From: Raillietiella orientalis
Taxonomy: Eukaryota
Direction of reading: 5' to 3'
Assembly (NCBI GenBank): GCA_036172245.1
Contig: JAYWIR010000002.1
Span: 1,116,001-1,180,000 of the forward strand
DNA: 64,000 bases
Made by a program: the position numbers and the translations under genes
The notes under the pieces: generated by a model
What the model saw: only the letters and a program-made list of their open reading frames with translations
Told to the model about the DNA's origin: nothing
Databases searched by the model: none
In this document: in pieces, positions 40,882 through 53,654 of the stretch
Layout of the letters: each line of letters opens with the position of its first letter
How positions within the stretch are numbered: position 1 is the first letter of the stretch

Positions 40882-42519
40882 CTACATTCGGATACTTCGC
40901 ATCCAATTCGCACCAAGTCTATGGGAGAGAGTGTCCCGTAATATTAATCTGAAGCAATCTTTTGGATATTTTGAAATCCTGATAGTAAAATAACCACCTA
41001 TGTATGGTCTCTCTCTATGAAGAGACCAATTGGTTTTCAGATAACCTTGGTTCTCAAAACCTTGGGAACATCTACTAGAGTTCATCGATGATTGCATTTC
41101 ATGGAGGCTTTTCCTTATTAAAAATAGCATCGCAGAGCTGCTAAGGGTATATTCTGTAAGTTCTTGAAATGGTGCATAATATCAAAGTATACATGCAAAT
41201 GATTTGGCGATTTCGTTTTACTTTTTGAGGGGACATAGGTTTCTCGTAGATTTATTTCTTGAAGCTGTTGAAGCTGATACTTGAAGATGTTTCTTTTTTT
41301 CTTGATGTTGTTGCTACCGTTGCTGAAGATAATCTAGAGATTTTTTAATTCAGTGCTCAAGCTTACAGCAGCACTGGACATTTCTGAATTTTTCATCACA
41401 AACGAAGGCCTCCTTAACTTATTGGCTTGAATTAAGCCATCTGAGCCGGTGAGTCTGTAGGCTCGCTGGCTCTAGTACTTGGCATACCTGCTTGGTACTT
41501 GCTTTCGCTTTGCAATGTCGTGCAATAAAATATACGTGACGCTAGCAGTCTTGTTTTTAGCAATGTACCAAACTCCAGGAATGTTCTTTGAGTCAGCGGC
41601 TATACATCAGCAATTCACTTAATTTAATCAGGAATTCATTTACAACAAACAGAAGTCTTGTCAGGTTTTTATTCCGAAAACGGCTATTAGTTGCTTGCTA
41701 CACAGATATTATGAAAACAAATGTTCCCATTTTAGATGTTATTCTACCAGATATATACTATAACGAGGATATATACAATACTGTATACTATAAATGACGA
41801 GGACTTTTGCTACTCTAGTTGAACTGAAGGTCCCACCTCATTTCCAAGTATTTAATTAAGTTGTAAGATGATGTCGTTTGGGGACACTCCCATACTCTGA
41901 AATTTTTTGCTACTCATCCAGAGTAATGCAGATAGCTGTTCAAAAATTATTTGATATAGTTATATTCAAATGATTCCTCTGAAAGCAAGACAAAATCCAA
42001 GAATTCAATTCCAAGCTTCCGACTTATTTTATTCGATAAATTGCAGCTTCAATCGCAACTAAATAGAATAGATATTCCCTAGAACAAAAAAAGTTTTTTA
42101 TAGTAACTAAAGTAAGCACCTTATATTGTGTCCCATGCACCATGGAAGTAATAAAGAAGATAGATTCAATAGTTTTGACTGTTCGTGCATTGCAACTGAG
42201 AAGTTTGGATAGTATAATTTTGCGATTTTCCTTGGTCAAGTTTGCTTGATTGTTTGTGAATAAGTAGAAATATTTGTTTACAATAAAGAATAAATAATAA
42301 CTGGATCGTTAGTAATAAGTAGACGTGAAATGGATAAATAGCTCGAAAGCTGATTCTCAGTTGCAGCAATATTCTCATCTTACGTTCATGGTTCTTAAAG
42401 TTTCCATAACGATACCCCCCGGCACATAAAAATTTGATTGCGTCTCTTAACTTGGTGCTTGAATAATAAACTTTTTTCCTAGTTGCCTCTTGAATGTCTT
42501 CCCTCTTAGTCATATACAT
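40882..42519 (-). pseudogene. Possible decayed, intronless coding relic of unknown origin
   Basis: Minus frame 41606-41118 runs 163 codons with only two internal TAG stops in AT-rich DNA. It overlaps ORF 40882..41130, and same-strand ORFs 42024..42239 and 42166..42519 lie upstream. No family recognised. Confidence 0.3.
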
Positions 42520-42680
42520 ATTAATTTTTTACCAAATATTTGGCAATTCAAAATATCTGTAAAAATTCCCTAAATTGATCAAATAAGCCCTGGTTTTGAG
42601 AATTACAATCGATTCAGTTCTACCAGATAACCAGACTAACCAGATGTGCGCAGGTTTTCTGAAAAAACGAGACGTTTTGT

Positions 42681-42713
<33 letters not shown>

Positions 42714-45494
42714 TGTATTAAAACGAATATGTATTGTGTAATTATTGCAGTTAATTAGAATGACAATGAAACCGACAAAGAGCCTCGATACTCTTGATCA
42801 TTTAATACTTAACTTTATCAGAGCATCCTGCACTCTAACCTACAAATTGCGGTCCCTACTGTCTGCTTGGAGCAACTTTGGAGACAATCGTAGTACGTAA
42901 TGGTATGCAAATAATATTCAATAAATGATGTAAGGATATGAATAAAGTGTTCCTGATATGTTATGTTTGCAATCATAGAAGCAACAACTATGTCTGAAGA
43001 TAACAGCGTTCCTCAAGGATGAACAAAAATTCAAAAAAAAATTCTACTATGCAAATATAGGTAAAACACACGCACTCACGCACTTTATTCATGATTGATG
43101 ACATTTATTCCTAATGATCAAAGAAGTAATTTCTCTTTTAAATATATGCTTTAGATTTCAACTGGACTACCGAATCAGACGTTTGAAACTTACCAAAGTA
43201 AGCCCAATTAATCAGAATTTCCTGTCCTTGAGCCTTCAGTCTTTTGTATGGATTTGCAAATAATAAAAAGAACATTTGCTAACGAAATTAAGCGTCACTT
43301 CAATTTTAGAAATCCTAAGGATTCTGAGATAGCTGAATAATTTGTTATCACGGATGAAACAAAGCTCATCATGGTTATGTTCCCTTTCTGTGTTGTTTAA
43401 GACTGATGTATATGCATCTTAATTCAGTAATCAAGTAATTGAGTTTAACAGAATACACCTAAAGAGAATTTGTGAGAAACCTGATCATAATGCAGTTGAG
43501 AGGAATTTACATTGACCACTATCATCACAATATCATTACAGTGTTTTTCAAATTATGAAAAATTTGTATCTACGTTTAAAATCACTTTTGAAAGCTATTC
43601 CTTTGATTCAGATTTTCATTTCCATTAGCTTTGAATAGCGAATTTAACTTGAGAAAATAAGGGAGTGTTTTTTTACTTAGCAGTAGACTTTTTTTTAACA
43701 TAAATGTTTCTTTATTTGTGAGATCAAGACTTCGAAGGAGATTATGAAAAGATCAAGAGGAAATTTATAATAATTCAAGTCAGTTTAGCAAAAATCAAAG
43801 AATGATTGTTGTGAAAGACATAAAACCCCAAATATTCACCGAAGAAGAAACAAGGATAATCGGAAGATCCACAAAATTCTTGAGAACTATTTTGATACCA
43901 TTGGCACATTTTGATACGGTCTCCGTGGCGGTAACTGATGGTAGTCCTAGAACTGTTTATGGTTTTTTGCTTGCAGATATAATTAAAAACATCCAACTCC
44001 ACATGGATCCTCTCTTACACAGTAACCAATGCTTCTCAACAAGGAAACGCGATCTGAATAATTCATATTAGTAACTAAACTGAACGTTCATTATTGGATT
44101 TTTATTTTAAACCAAATGGTAAAGCAAGATGCCACGATGAGCATTGGAATCATAACTAATGACTATATAAAGTAACACATTGATTTAACTGGCATAAAAA
44201 AAGGATTCAGTAACTGCAGCTATGCATGCTTTTTAATTTTCTATTCCTCGTAAAAATTTGTTTTTGCAAGTAATAAGACAATACCACATTCTGGAAAGAA
44301 TAAAATTTTATTTTTCATTCAACAATGCCAAACATCTTAAATGTCAGAGCAAATTTGCAAATAATTTTCAAGTGCACAAGCTCTTACGTTTCCTTGAATA
44401 ACAAAAAAGATACACATCATACTCTTGATGCTAAAATGCATGGAACAACTTTGAATATCATAAATCCATTTCAGTAAACGGTTTTACAATGTCAATGAAC
44501 TTTTTGTAGTCTAACGAATGAAAATATGATTAGTGTGAAGAAATTAACTTATCTTGAGATTTCATGAAAATAATAGATTTGTTTAAGGAAACATCATAAG
44601 CAGCTTAATGACAAATTCCAAAAATCTAAAACCTCTTCATCGTCGTTAACATTTTTATCATCACTTATCATGATTAAAAAGTAGTATTCTTGCAGTACAA
44701 ATGCTTGCATAATTTTATCACTTTTTCGTTTCACTGGAAGAGTACGGAAGTCATGTTAAGTAGGCAGCTGACAAAGGACGATAAAAACATTGCTGGTTAC
44801 CCGGTATAAACAATTCTGATACACAAAAAGTAATGCTGTTTTTGTGGTTTATGAATACGTGTATTCTAAAAGGCTTGAATAATGTGTTTTGTATACCATA
44901 CAGTTCGTTTTCATGGTGTTTGCCTTACTAATGTTTAACGGTTCATCACATTGATAAATGAGGTAAACATAGCTTCATTTCATTTATTATATGACGATAG
45001 CAATAGCACAAGAATAAATTTAACGATTTAACCATTTAACGATGCCGTTCGTGAATACAGTTCCTTGTGACTTGGCCTCAAAAAAATGAGTATACGGTAT
45101 CTTGGTTCTACGAAATCTTGGTTCTTATAGAATTATATGAAAACAGTGCAATGGTATCGCGAATATCTCAGTGGTTTGTACAGGCATTTAATGTATCCCA
45201 AAATTGCTATAAACATTCTAATTCGACAAACATCAAACAGAAATACTGCCCAATATCCAGGCTTTATTGCACATTTAAATGACTCATTTCAGATGATACC
45301 AAAATGAACCCTCAAGTGGAAAAAAGCGTCATTTTCACTGCACTTTAATATCCAGGCTTACAGAAATAGGAAGAATAAGCTTCTTTATCTAAATAAGATG
45401 ATGCATCTTAAGAAAATGGACCCATACACAACACATCCAAGAACTTATGCTTTATAAAAGAAAGCTATCATTAACTAGAAAAAAATTCAGGACG

Positions 45495-47683
45495 ATGGCA
45501 AATTTTCAGAAAAAAACTGAGGAAAATAGTGTTGAAGTTAGTAAATTCGTCTTATTTTGAATATATCACTCAGTAAATTAATTTATTTACTTTGTTTAAT
45601 TGCAAACTAGTATCTAACTTAAGTCACATGCATATATGTCATTTATGTAATCTATCACTGTCAATGTATTTGTTAGAGTTTGGCAGAAGTGTTCAGGTGT
45701 TTTATATGCATGGAGAAATTACGAGATGCTCACCTCTGCCCCCACTGTTCAAAGCTCTGCTGCTTTATTTGCATTCGTAGATGGCTAACAGAACAAAGGT
45801 CACAATGTCCTCACTGCAGAGCATCTCTTCATTTACATGATCTAGTAAATTGTCGCTGGGTTGAAGAGGTGACACAACAATTGGATACATTACAACAACA
45901 AGGAGGAGGACTCAGACAAGATGATTCCGAATATGATAGGTAGATAAACTTCAAATGTTTCAATCATAAAAATTTAAAGCTTTCAACATATTTAGGTGTG
46001 AACAGCATAAAGAAAAACTGAGTGTTTATTGCTGTATATGTCAGCAGTGCATTTGCCATCAGTGTGCCTTGTGGGGTGGCACTCATTCTGGTCATACATT
46101 TAAACCTTTAAACGATGTCTATGAACAACAGTTTGCACAAATAAGAGAACAATTGGCCTTATTACGGCGGAGGCTTGTGGAACTGATCAATCTTGTTCAA
46201 AACATGGTGAGTGCATAAAACTGATTGCAATTGTATGCCTTCCAAGGAACATAATGTAGAAACAGTCCGTGCAGCTCGTGATGAAAGAGTGCGGGAGATT
46301 CGCAATGCTGTTGAACTCATGATTGCTCGACTTGATGCACATTTGAAAACAAAGCTGCTAACATTAATTGGTCAAAAAAATTTATTGACTCAACATACAG
46401 AACAACTAGATACTTTGCTGCAAGATATGGAACATCTTCTCCATGCATGTTCCCGTGCCCAGTTGGTTGCTCGTAGTCCTAACTTGCTCCGTGCTATAGC
46501 AAAAGTACAGCGCACCCCCTTGGTTTCCATTGCAAAAGCACTAGTGCCAGCTGACTTTCAGAGGTATTTTATTTTATTATCATGGGTCATTATTAATAAT
46601 TATCAGCGAGATTGTACCTCCTTATGATGGAAGTACTTTTGTACTTAACAATTTCCGAGCACTGCAGCGCCGAGCTGACCCTGTCTACTCTCCTGCACTG
46701 CAAGTAGGAGGTCTTTCTTGGAGACTGAAAGTATATCCTGATGGAAATGGAGTAGTTCGAGGGCATTATTTATCTGTCTTTCTGGAATTGACAGTAGGCC
46801 TTCCAGAACCATCAAAGTATGAATATCGTATTGAACTGATACATCCCAGTGAAGCATTAACCAAAAATATCTCTCGTGAATTCGCCTCTGATTTTGAAGT
46901 GGGAGAATGTTGGGGCTATAATCGATTTTTTCGTCTAGATCTCTTAAGGCCTGAAGGCTACCTTAACAGTGATATGGACACCTTGGCACTGCGGTACAGA
47001 GTAAACTTGTTTGGTAGTAAATTGCGCTTTAGATTTCAGGTGCGAGCTCCAACTTTCTTCCAAAAATGCCGAGAACAGCAATGGTATATTAACAAATTAC
47101 TGGCAGTGCAAGGGATTCACACTTCACAATTACATGAGTTACATGAATGGCTGGCACGGGAGGATAGTACTTATCATAGATCTCCCCCCAAATCTCAAAG
47201 AACAAAGTGGTCATCTCAGATAGGTTTACTATCTCTTCCTTTGATAAATCAACAGAGTGGTAGTGGCAGTTCTAGTGAGCCAGAGGTATACGAGTATATG
47301 TCAGTTGGTCATATGCTTGGTAGGTTTCTGATTCAGATGAAGAACCAGATGGCAATGAAATATTGGGAGAAGGTGGTATTCCTTCTACTGAAGAGAATGA
47401 CGTTGATGATGAGACGATGACAACTGATAATGATGTGGAACAGTCTGTAGCTTATATGGATTCAGACTGCAGAAATTTGCAAGCAGATTTAGAGCCAGTT
47501 TCCAAGAATATGGTCTTTAAAAATCCTGTTGCCCCTGTGAATATTTTAGATAACCTCCAACTAAACATTGCACATCTTATGGTAGATGGCACTTCCAATA
47601 GGATTCCACGTGCTGGCTCACTTCCTGCATTGACAGATTTGCATCCAGCTGCTACTGCATGCAATCAACAATCTAATCATTGA
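45495..47683 (+). CDS. TRIM37: E3 ubiquitin ligase TRIM37 (RING, B-box, coiled coil, MATH), ~610 aa. Exons 45495-45536, 45677-45939, 45996-46206, 46247-46563, 46607-46993, 47033-47285, 47324-47683
   Basis: [52 protein letters not shown] (RING), [33 protein letters not shown] (B-box), [29 protein letters not shown]...[17 protein letters not shown] (MATH), ENDVDDETM. All introns GT-AG; exon sum 1833 nt keeps frame; AATAAA at 47730. Confidence 0.96.
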
Positions 47684-47768
47684 AAGGTGTTGTGTTCGAC
47701 AGATTTGCTACTGCAAAGATGCACGAGGCAATAAACTACTCATTGCTCTTATCATTTGAATGAATAAC

Positions 47769-48852
47769 TTACTGATCTACTGGCAAAACCATAGGAAATG
47801 ATCCACTGAAAGTGCATGTAGTCAGTAACTGAATAAGAATGGCTGCAGCAGCTGCACCCACATTGAGTGAATCAATGAGTGGATGCAAAGGTCGGCCAGG
47901 ATAAATACACAAAAACTGATGCACATGATGAAAGCACTCTGAAGATATACCCTTCTTTTCATTGCCTGCAAATTTGTCAGTGTGCATTCACCAACTGTAG
48001 CACAGACCTAAGATCACAACAGTGGGCCTGTCAACCACAGGGGGTTGTTGAGTACATTTTCTACCATTGGAGGAACTTTGAGTACCCCAAATCATCCAAC
48101 CAGAACTGTGTGCTTCCTCCAGAAAAGCCTTTGGCTGCACACTATATATTGGCCACATTTCCATGACGCCACTACTTCTCTTACTGACAACTGCACTTAA
48201 TCGGCATCTATAAAGATGTATCAATGTGTTTTAAAGTCAGTTATGTTCCTTACGTTCCTTTTTCTGTGACCAGCAATTTATCTACTCCTAGAAAATAGGC
48301 AGTACGTAAGATGGACCCCAAATTCATTGGATCATGCACACAGTCAAGGAGAAGCCACAAGCAAGGATCAGTAACTAGCTTTGTTGCACCACTCTTTAAA
48401 GGGATATAGGATAAGTAAGATACATCCATACACAGTCCTTGATTAACATTGAAATTAGATAAATAGTCCAATGTATGGCGTGCCACCCACTGTACAGGGA
48501 TACCAGCCTGCTGGCACTGATCCAATAACTTAACATTGTCCTTATATGCACATGAGCTGACTTGGGACATGCAAGCATACAATTTATAGAAAGTACGTCT
48601 ACGTTCATTTAATGCAATACTGATTGGATGTCTCCCATAGATTAATTCACCACAAAGTGACTTCCTTATAAGATGAAACTCGTGTGACTTTTTAGTATTA
48701 GTAGAATGTTTCCCAAGCTTGCCAGAAATGCTTGCTATCATACTTGATTTTGTTTTCAATATTCTTCCATTATTAAAAGTACTAAAAGATATTTGGCAAC
48801 CTGTTGGGCCCAATGCAAAATGGCAGCACTTATTACAAGCCACAAGCAGCAT
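47769..48852 (-). CDS. MRM1: SpoU/TrmH-family (SPOUT) rRNA 2'-O-methyltransferase, mitochondrial MRM1-like, ~331 aa. Exons 48852-48254, 48207-48008, 47965-47769
   Basis: ELIYGRHPISIAL, NQGLCMDV, LLLDCVHDPMNLGSILRTAYFLGVD (motif 1), VVILG|NEKKGIS (motif 2), DSLNVGAAAAAIL (motif 3). Exon sum 996 nt in frame; GT-AG introns of 46 and 42 nt. Confidence 0.9.
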
Positions 48853-49189
48853 TTCTAGAAAATGTTGCTACAATGGACAATCATAGAGGGAAACTAAAAA
48901 ATTGATGGTGGTATGCAGGAGTTTACCTCCTCCCACCACCAAGCTATTTTCTTCTTAACCAAGCCCCTCTGCACTGAAATGGTTAGGCAAATCAGACTAC
49001 AAGAAAACCAGGTAGTCAAGCATCTCTGGATGGCACAGTGCACATACACATACATAAATGTCAATGCCCAAAGCAATGATGCTCATAAGTAAGTTTTATT
49101 GCACTTTGCTTGAACCACAAGTGGACTATGTCTTGGAGATTCTGGCAAACACAATCACTTGAGAAACACTTGTTTAGTTCCACACTGGC

Positions 49190-50215
49190 TCAACTATTGA
49201 TCAAGTGTGTTGGCATTGAACATCCTAATACACTACTGTCAGGGCTATGACGTTTCTTTTTTTTTTTTTCTTTCTTTTTTTTCTTCCGATCATCATCATG
49301 ACGGCGCTGTTTTTTGTGTTTTTTCTCATGCAAATCAATAGCACAAGGATCAGCACTATCAGGAATTGGAGTCTCTCGGTTTCGATGCCTTTTGTGCTTA
49401 TGATGACGTCTACGTATGGATAACTGACTCATGAATTTATATTGATCAGGAAGCTATTAAGTTACACTGAGTGAATTCAACATGTAAGCACTGGATACAT
49501 ACAGGTCCTGGATGCAATCGAAATCCGGCAAGTTGTGCTGTTGATAGAGGTAACAGTTCCTTTCCACCTATTGGTGGTTTTTCTATAAGGGATCGCAATG
49601 AACTAAAAGACAAATCATTTTCACGTAACCCTTTCATTTTACCTGTTGTCAACATGACCAGGTGTGTCCAATATGCCTGGTAAGTTAGGCAGGAAGGAAG
49701 AAAGGGAATCCTTCATTTTTTTTCCACTGCATTTATTGTATGCATGTTCAAGATTATAACATGCCATTAAATTTGAACTCCCAGTCAGATCACTTGGAGC
49801 TAAAATTTACTTATATGCTAAAATTTATTTATACACTATGACTAATGAGATTATCATTCACATACTAGCACTTGACATATAACCTAAACTCGACAAACGT
49901 CTGCACTTTCAAATGCATATAATGTATATGAATTTGTAATTTTATAAATAAATTTAGCGAAAAACAAAACATTTCTAACACACTGTGTTTTTCAGTGTGC
50001 CATGTTTCAACTTTTATTCTCACAAATTTCCTACCTGGAAGTTCTTTCATTAGATAGAATGGTCCAGTGTGTAAAATGGTTGGAGTTTTGCCTAAACATA
50101 TTGTAGCTTTTAATGTGCCTGTGGAATCTTGTTTATGAATTGCAGGAGATCGGGATCCTCTGGGTGATGATTTTGGTGAACACTGATCGATCATGTTTTC
50201 ACTGTTCAATTGCAT
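49190..50215 (-). CDS. MED19: Mediator subunit 19, ~233 aa (or ~226 aa from the ATG at 50194). Exons 50215-50035, 49799-49643, 49602-49503, 49453-49190
   Basis: SPKSSPR...QDSTGTLKATICLGK...GPFYLMKE, LTGSSNLMACYNLEHAYNK, LSSFLPNLPG, SLRSLIEKPPIGGKELLPL...LAGFRLHPGP|LPDQY and a Lys/His-rich tail. Exon sum 702 nt in frame; minus-strand AATAAA at 49100-49095. Confidence 0.95.
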
Positions 50216-53200
50216 TGCATTAGTTTATTCAAAATGTTACATTATTAATCAACACATTATGCGCAAGTTCCACATGCAATGGATGAAAACTCAGCATACA
50301 GCATACGCTGCACGTTCCATAATCACTACTGTGAATTTCACCAGGAAAAGCACGTTTGAAAAAGCAGGAAGTTACGAAAATTATAACCAAACGTGTGGGC
50401 AAAGAACTTCTGATAACAGCCTGATGCAAGCTTCTGCGACAGGCTTGCAAGGCACAAGAATGACGAGGTGGCGAGTCTAGCTAGGTAGCCGTGTCTCCTT
50501 CGACACTATTCACATAACGAAAGCACGTTCAACATCGAAACAGCAGCCACCCTTCAGCTGCTCGCAAATACGTTTACTACTCGCTCTCCTCCTGGCTCTA
50601 GGTACACACACACACACACTGCGTGTGTGATCCGTGACAGCGCGTGCGGCACATTCCGTGCACATAATTGTGATCGTCTTTTGAATGACGACAGATTGTG
50701 AATGTCTTTCAAACATATTATTGTCTCATTTACTGGGTAAGGGTTTCCCTGGATCTCGAATGCATGCAGTGGTCTTGAGGTCTGCATTGTTTGACATGAT
50801 TTTAAATTCGTGGAAACTCGGATACTTGAAGGATATCAGTATTCTAGATCATAGTATTTAGCTCAAGCCTTATTTATTTATTTATTTTTTCAGGAAGGCG
50901 TGTGATCTTAAACGTTCATCGACTATCCATGCCATATTGTTAACTATAATATGACGAACCTGCAAAAGCTAAAGCAAAATGTCCATGCTTTTGTGGTATC
51001 TTACAAATCGCTTTGTTTTTCATTCGTCCATCGACGAAACCATGGAACTTTCCTTACCTACTTTAACTACATTAAAAGTAAATGAGACATCCAACTTTCG
51101 GCATGAAAATTTTAATTCAACTGACACTTACTTATCTTAGAAGTTGGAACTACGATTATATGTACTCGGTGGAACATTAATCAAGGACATTGTTTGTGGT
51201 GCTTTCTTTTTAATGGAAACATCAGAATTCATTTTTTTTTTTTTTTTTCATATGTGAATCCCAAACTAAAAAAAACTTTTGTTATATTTACAATGAATAT
51301 ATACTTGCAGTACTAGACAAGTTCGGAAGAGAGAGTTTCACAAAACAACATTCATTAAACATTATTTCTGGTGGATCAAGACTCCATGAAGATAAAAAGA
51401 CAAAGAGAAAATGGAAACTTTTAGCAACCATTCGGATTTCACATTCTGTCTAAGAAAGCTTGAATGAATGGATTATCTTGACCTTAGAGGGAGTAGAGTT
51501 AACGCCTGAATGGACTTTAGAATGCCAAAGCCGCACCAGAAGACTTCAAAAAATTATACTACAAGGCGATTCTTATAAGCCACAAATTTGGTGAACAAAA
51601 CGAAATTTATGGCGATGCTTCAGAAAGGAAAAATATCTGAATATATTCTCAGGATGGCTTCAGTTTAAGTAGGTCTCCAAAATATTCAACTTCTTCCTTA
51701 CATGTTGAAAAATATTAAATTGTGAAGTACCACAACTATTTTTCGATATTTTCATTCGCAAAAATGGCCATCTAAGTAAATCCAAGATTATCATGTTTAG
51801 TTACATTTGAGAGTTTGAAAGCACATTCGCCGTTTACAGTGATTACTCAGTTCATAAATCAGAATTTTATATGCCCTACAGTCGTATGGAGCAGAACTTG
51901 AACAGTACATAAACGGCAGAAATCTTCTCAAAGCATTTTCGAAACACCTCATGTTATCAAATACTTCATAGCAAGGATGTGGATCACGAGAAGAAAAATA
52001 TGCATTTACAATCGGCACATAAATCCTCTGTTGGTCAGTAATATGAACTTTTGAATAAGTCAATGTAATGCAGTTCCACAACGATTAGAGGGAGTATAAA
52101 AGTTACTTGTAGGATGTGAATGATATCAAAATGTTTGATAAAATAAAGAATCTGAGATATGACTGAAGAACTCAGAAATGAAGCCTTAAAAACCCTATAT
52201 AAAAAACTTTCGCCTTCTTCATACTCTTAATGATTGGGATCTTCTGAGAGACACTTCAATTTAAATTAAGTATTTTTCTTACTTTTTAGACACAGCACGA
52301 GTCTACAACTCTTCTGATCTCGTCCCTACCTTAAATCAAGTAAGCAAAAAAATAGCAAATAATAGCAACCAAAAATTAACCATGAACCAAGTAGTAAAAC
52401 ACGAAAAAATAAATTGGGAAAAGTTGCTGTAAATTCAGAGGAAAGTATGCAAAAGTATTAGACATAATTTGCTGCTTTTCACAAAAAAAATTAAATGAAA
52501 TGGATTTACATAACGATCAGTAATATAATGAACAAATCAAAATAAAGAGAGAAAGGGAAGCCGAATTCGAAAGTTTCTTTAAATGATACAATTTTATGAA
52601 CAAATAATATCTTCACGAAATAGGTTATACGATTCGTGAAGAAAATATTGATGTCTGATTATAGATTTGTTCGTAAAGGAGAAATCAACAACGATTTTCC
52701 ATTTGTGAAATAAAAAGAAATGTGAGAATTTTAATATTTAATGGCTCAGAGAAACCATTCCTTCCTTTGATTATTCATCAAAATTTAATATCAAAACAAA
52801 TGGCTTCTGAAAATTCTTGTGACGAAAGTACATCTAGCCTACCATGATGAATGCAATTTCAAGTAATAGAGTTTGGTCTGATCTCTCAGTTCATCTCGAG
52901 TGATTAGATGCTGTTCGAAGCAAGTGAAAAGCATCAAAGAATATGCAGATTATTTGCAAATGTAAGGGATTCTTGAGATTTAATAAGAAAAGGAAAATTT
53001 CTGGATTATTTGCAAAAAAAAAATCACAAACTTACAACAAACTCAAGTATAGCTGAATGTTGAAATTATATTTAATGCACGTATCATCAAGGTATAATAG
53101 AAGCAATTATTTAAAAAAAATAAGTTTTGATTTCATTGAGTTCTTTACACTAAAAATTAACCTATACAAAAAATAACATATTTTATATTATCTTTTATTG

Positions 53201-53654
53201 TTAGCATGCCTTAATTTTGATGATCAGGTGAAGTTAACGCTCATAGCAGACCGAATGTGTTGATGCTAGCATATAAAGGAATACCTTTCTAAAGTAAAAA
53301 TTATTGTGTATTTTTCGTTCCTTTGCATAAAATTAAACATCACATTAATCTGTGCAGTTTTAATTACTTATGTTACAGTTTTCTGCCATTATTTGGAGGG
53401 AACTGAGAGTTCTGAAAAACCGTAGCACGTACAAAAGTACGTTTTGGGATGAAAAGTTGGTAAATTTCGTTTTCCGATATTTATCGCAACTTTGTACCAA
53501 CAGCTTATAAAGATTACAGTGTACCTTATTAGAGTTTTGGTGTTTGTTGCCTATAACAAATGTCATAGTCAACAAATTTGTTGCAAAGTTGTTGTTGCCT
53601 TTGTAACTTTTCCATTAAGTTCGAACCTCGTTTTTGAGCGCTATCAATGTGTAG

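Noticed and set aside
42681-42705. Poly(A) run as a retroposon tail
   Set aside because: No upstream SINE/LINE features or target-site duplication seen, and similar A/T runs occur throughout the window.
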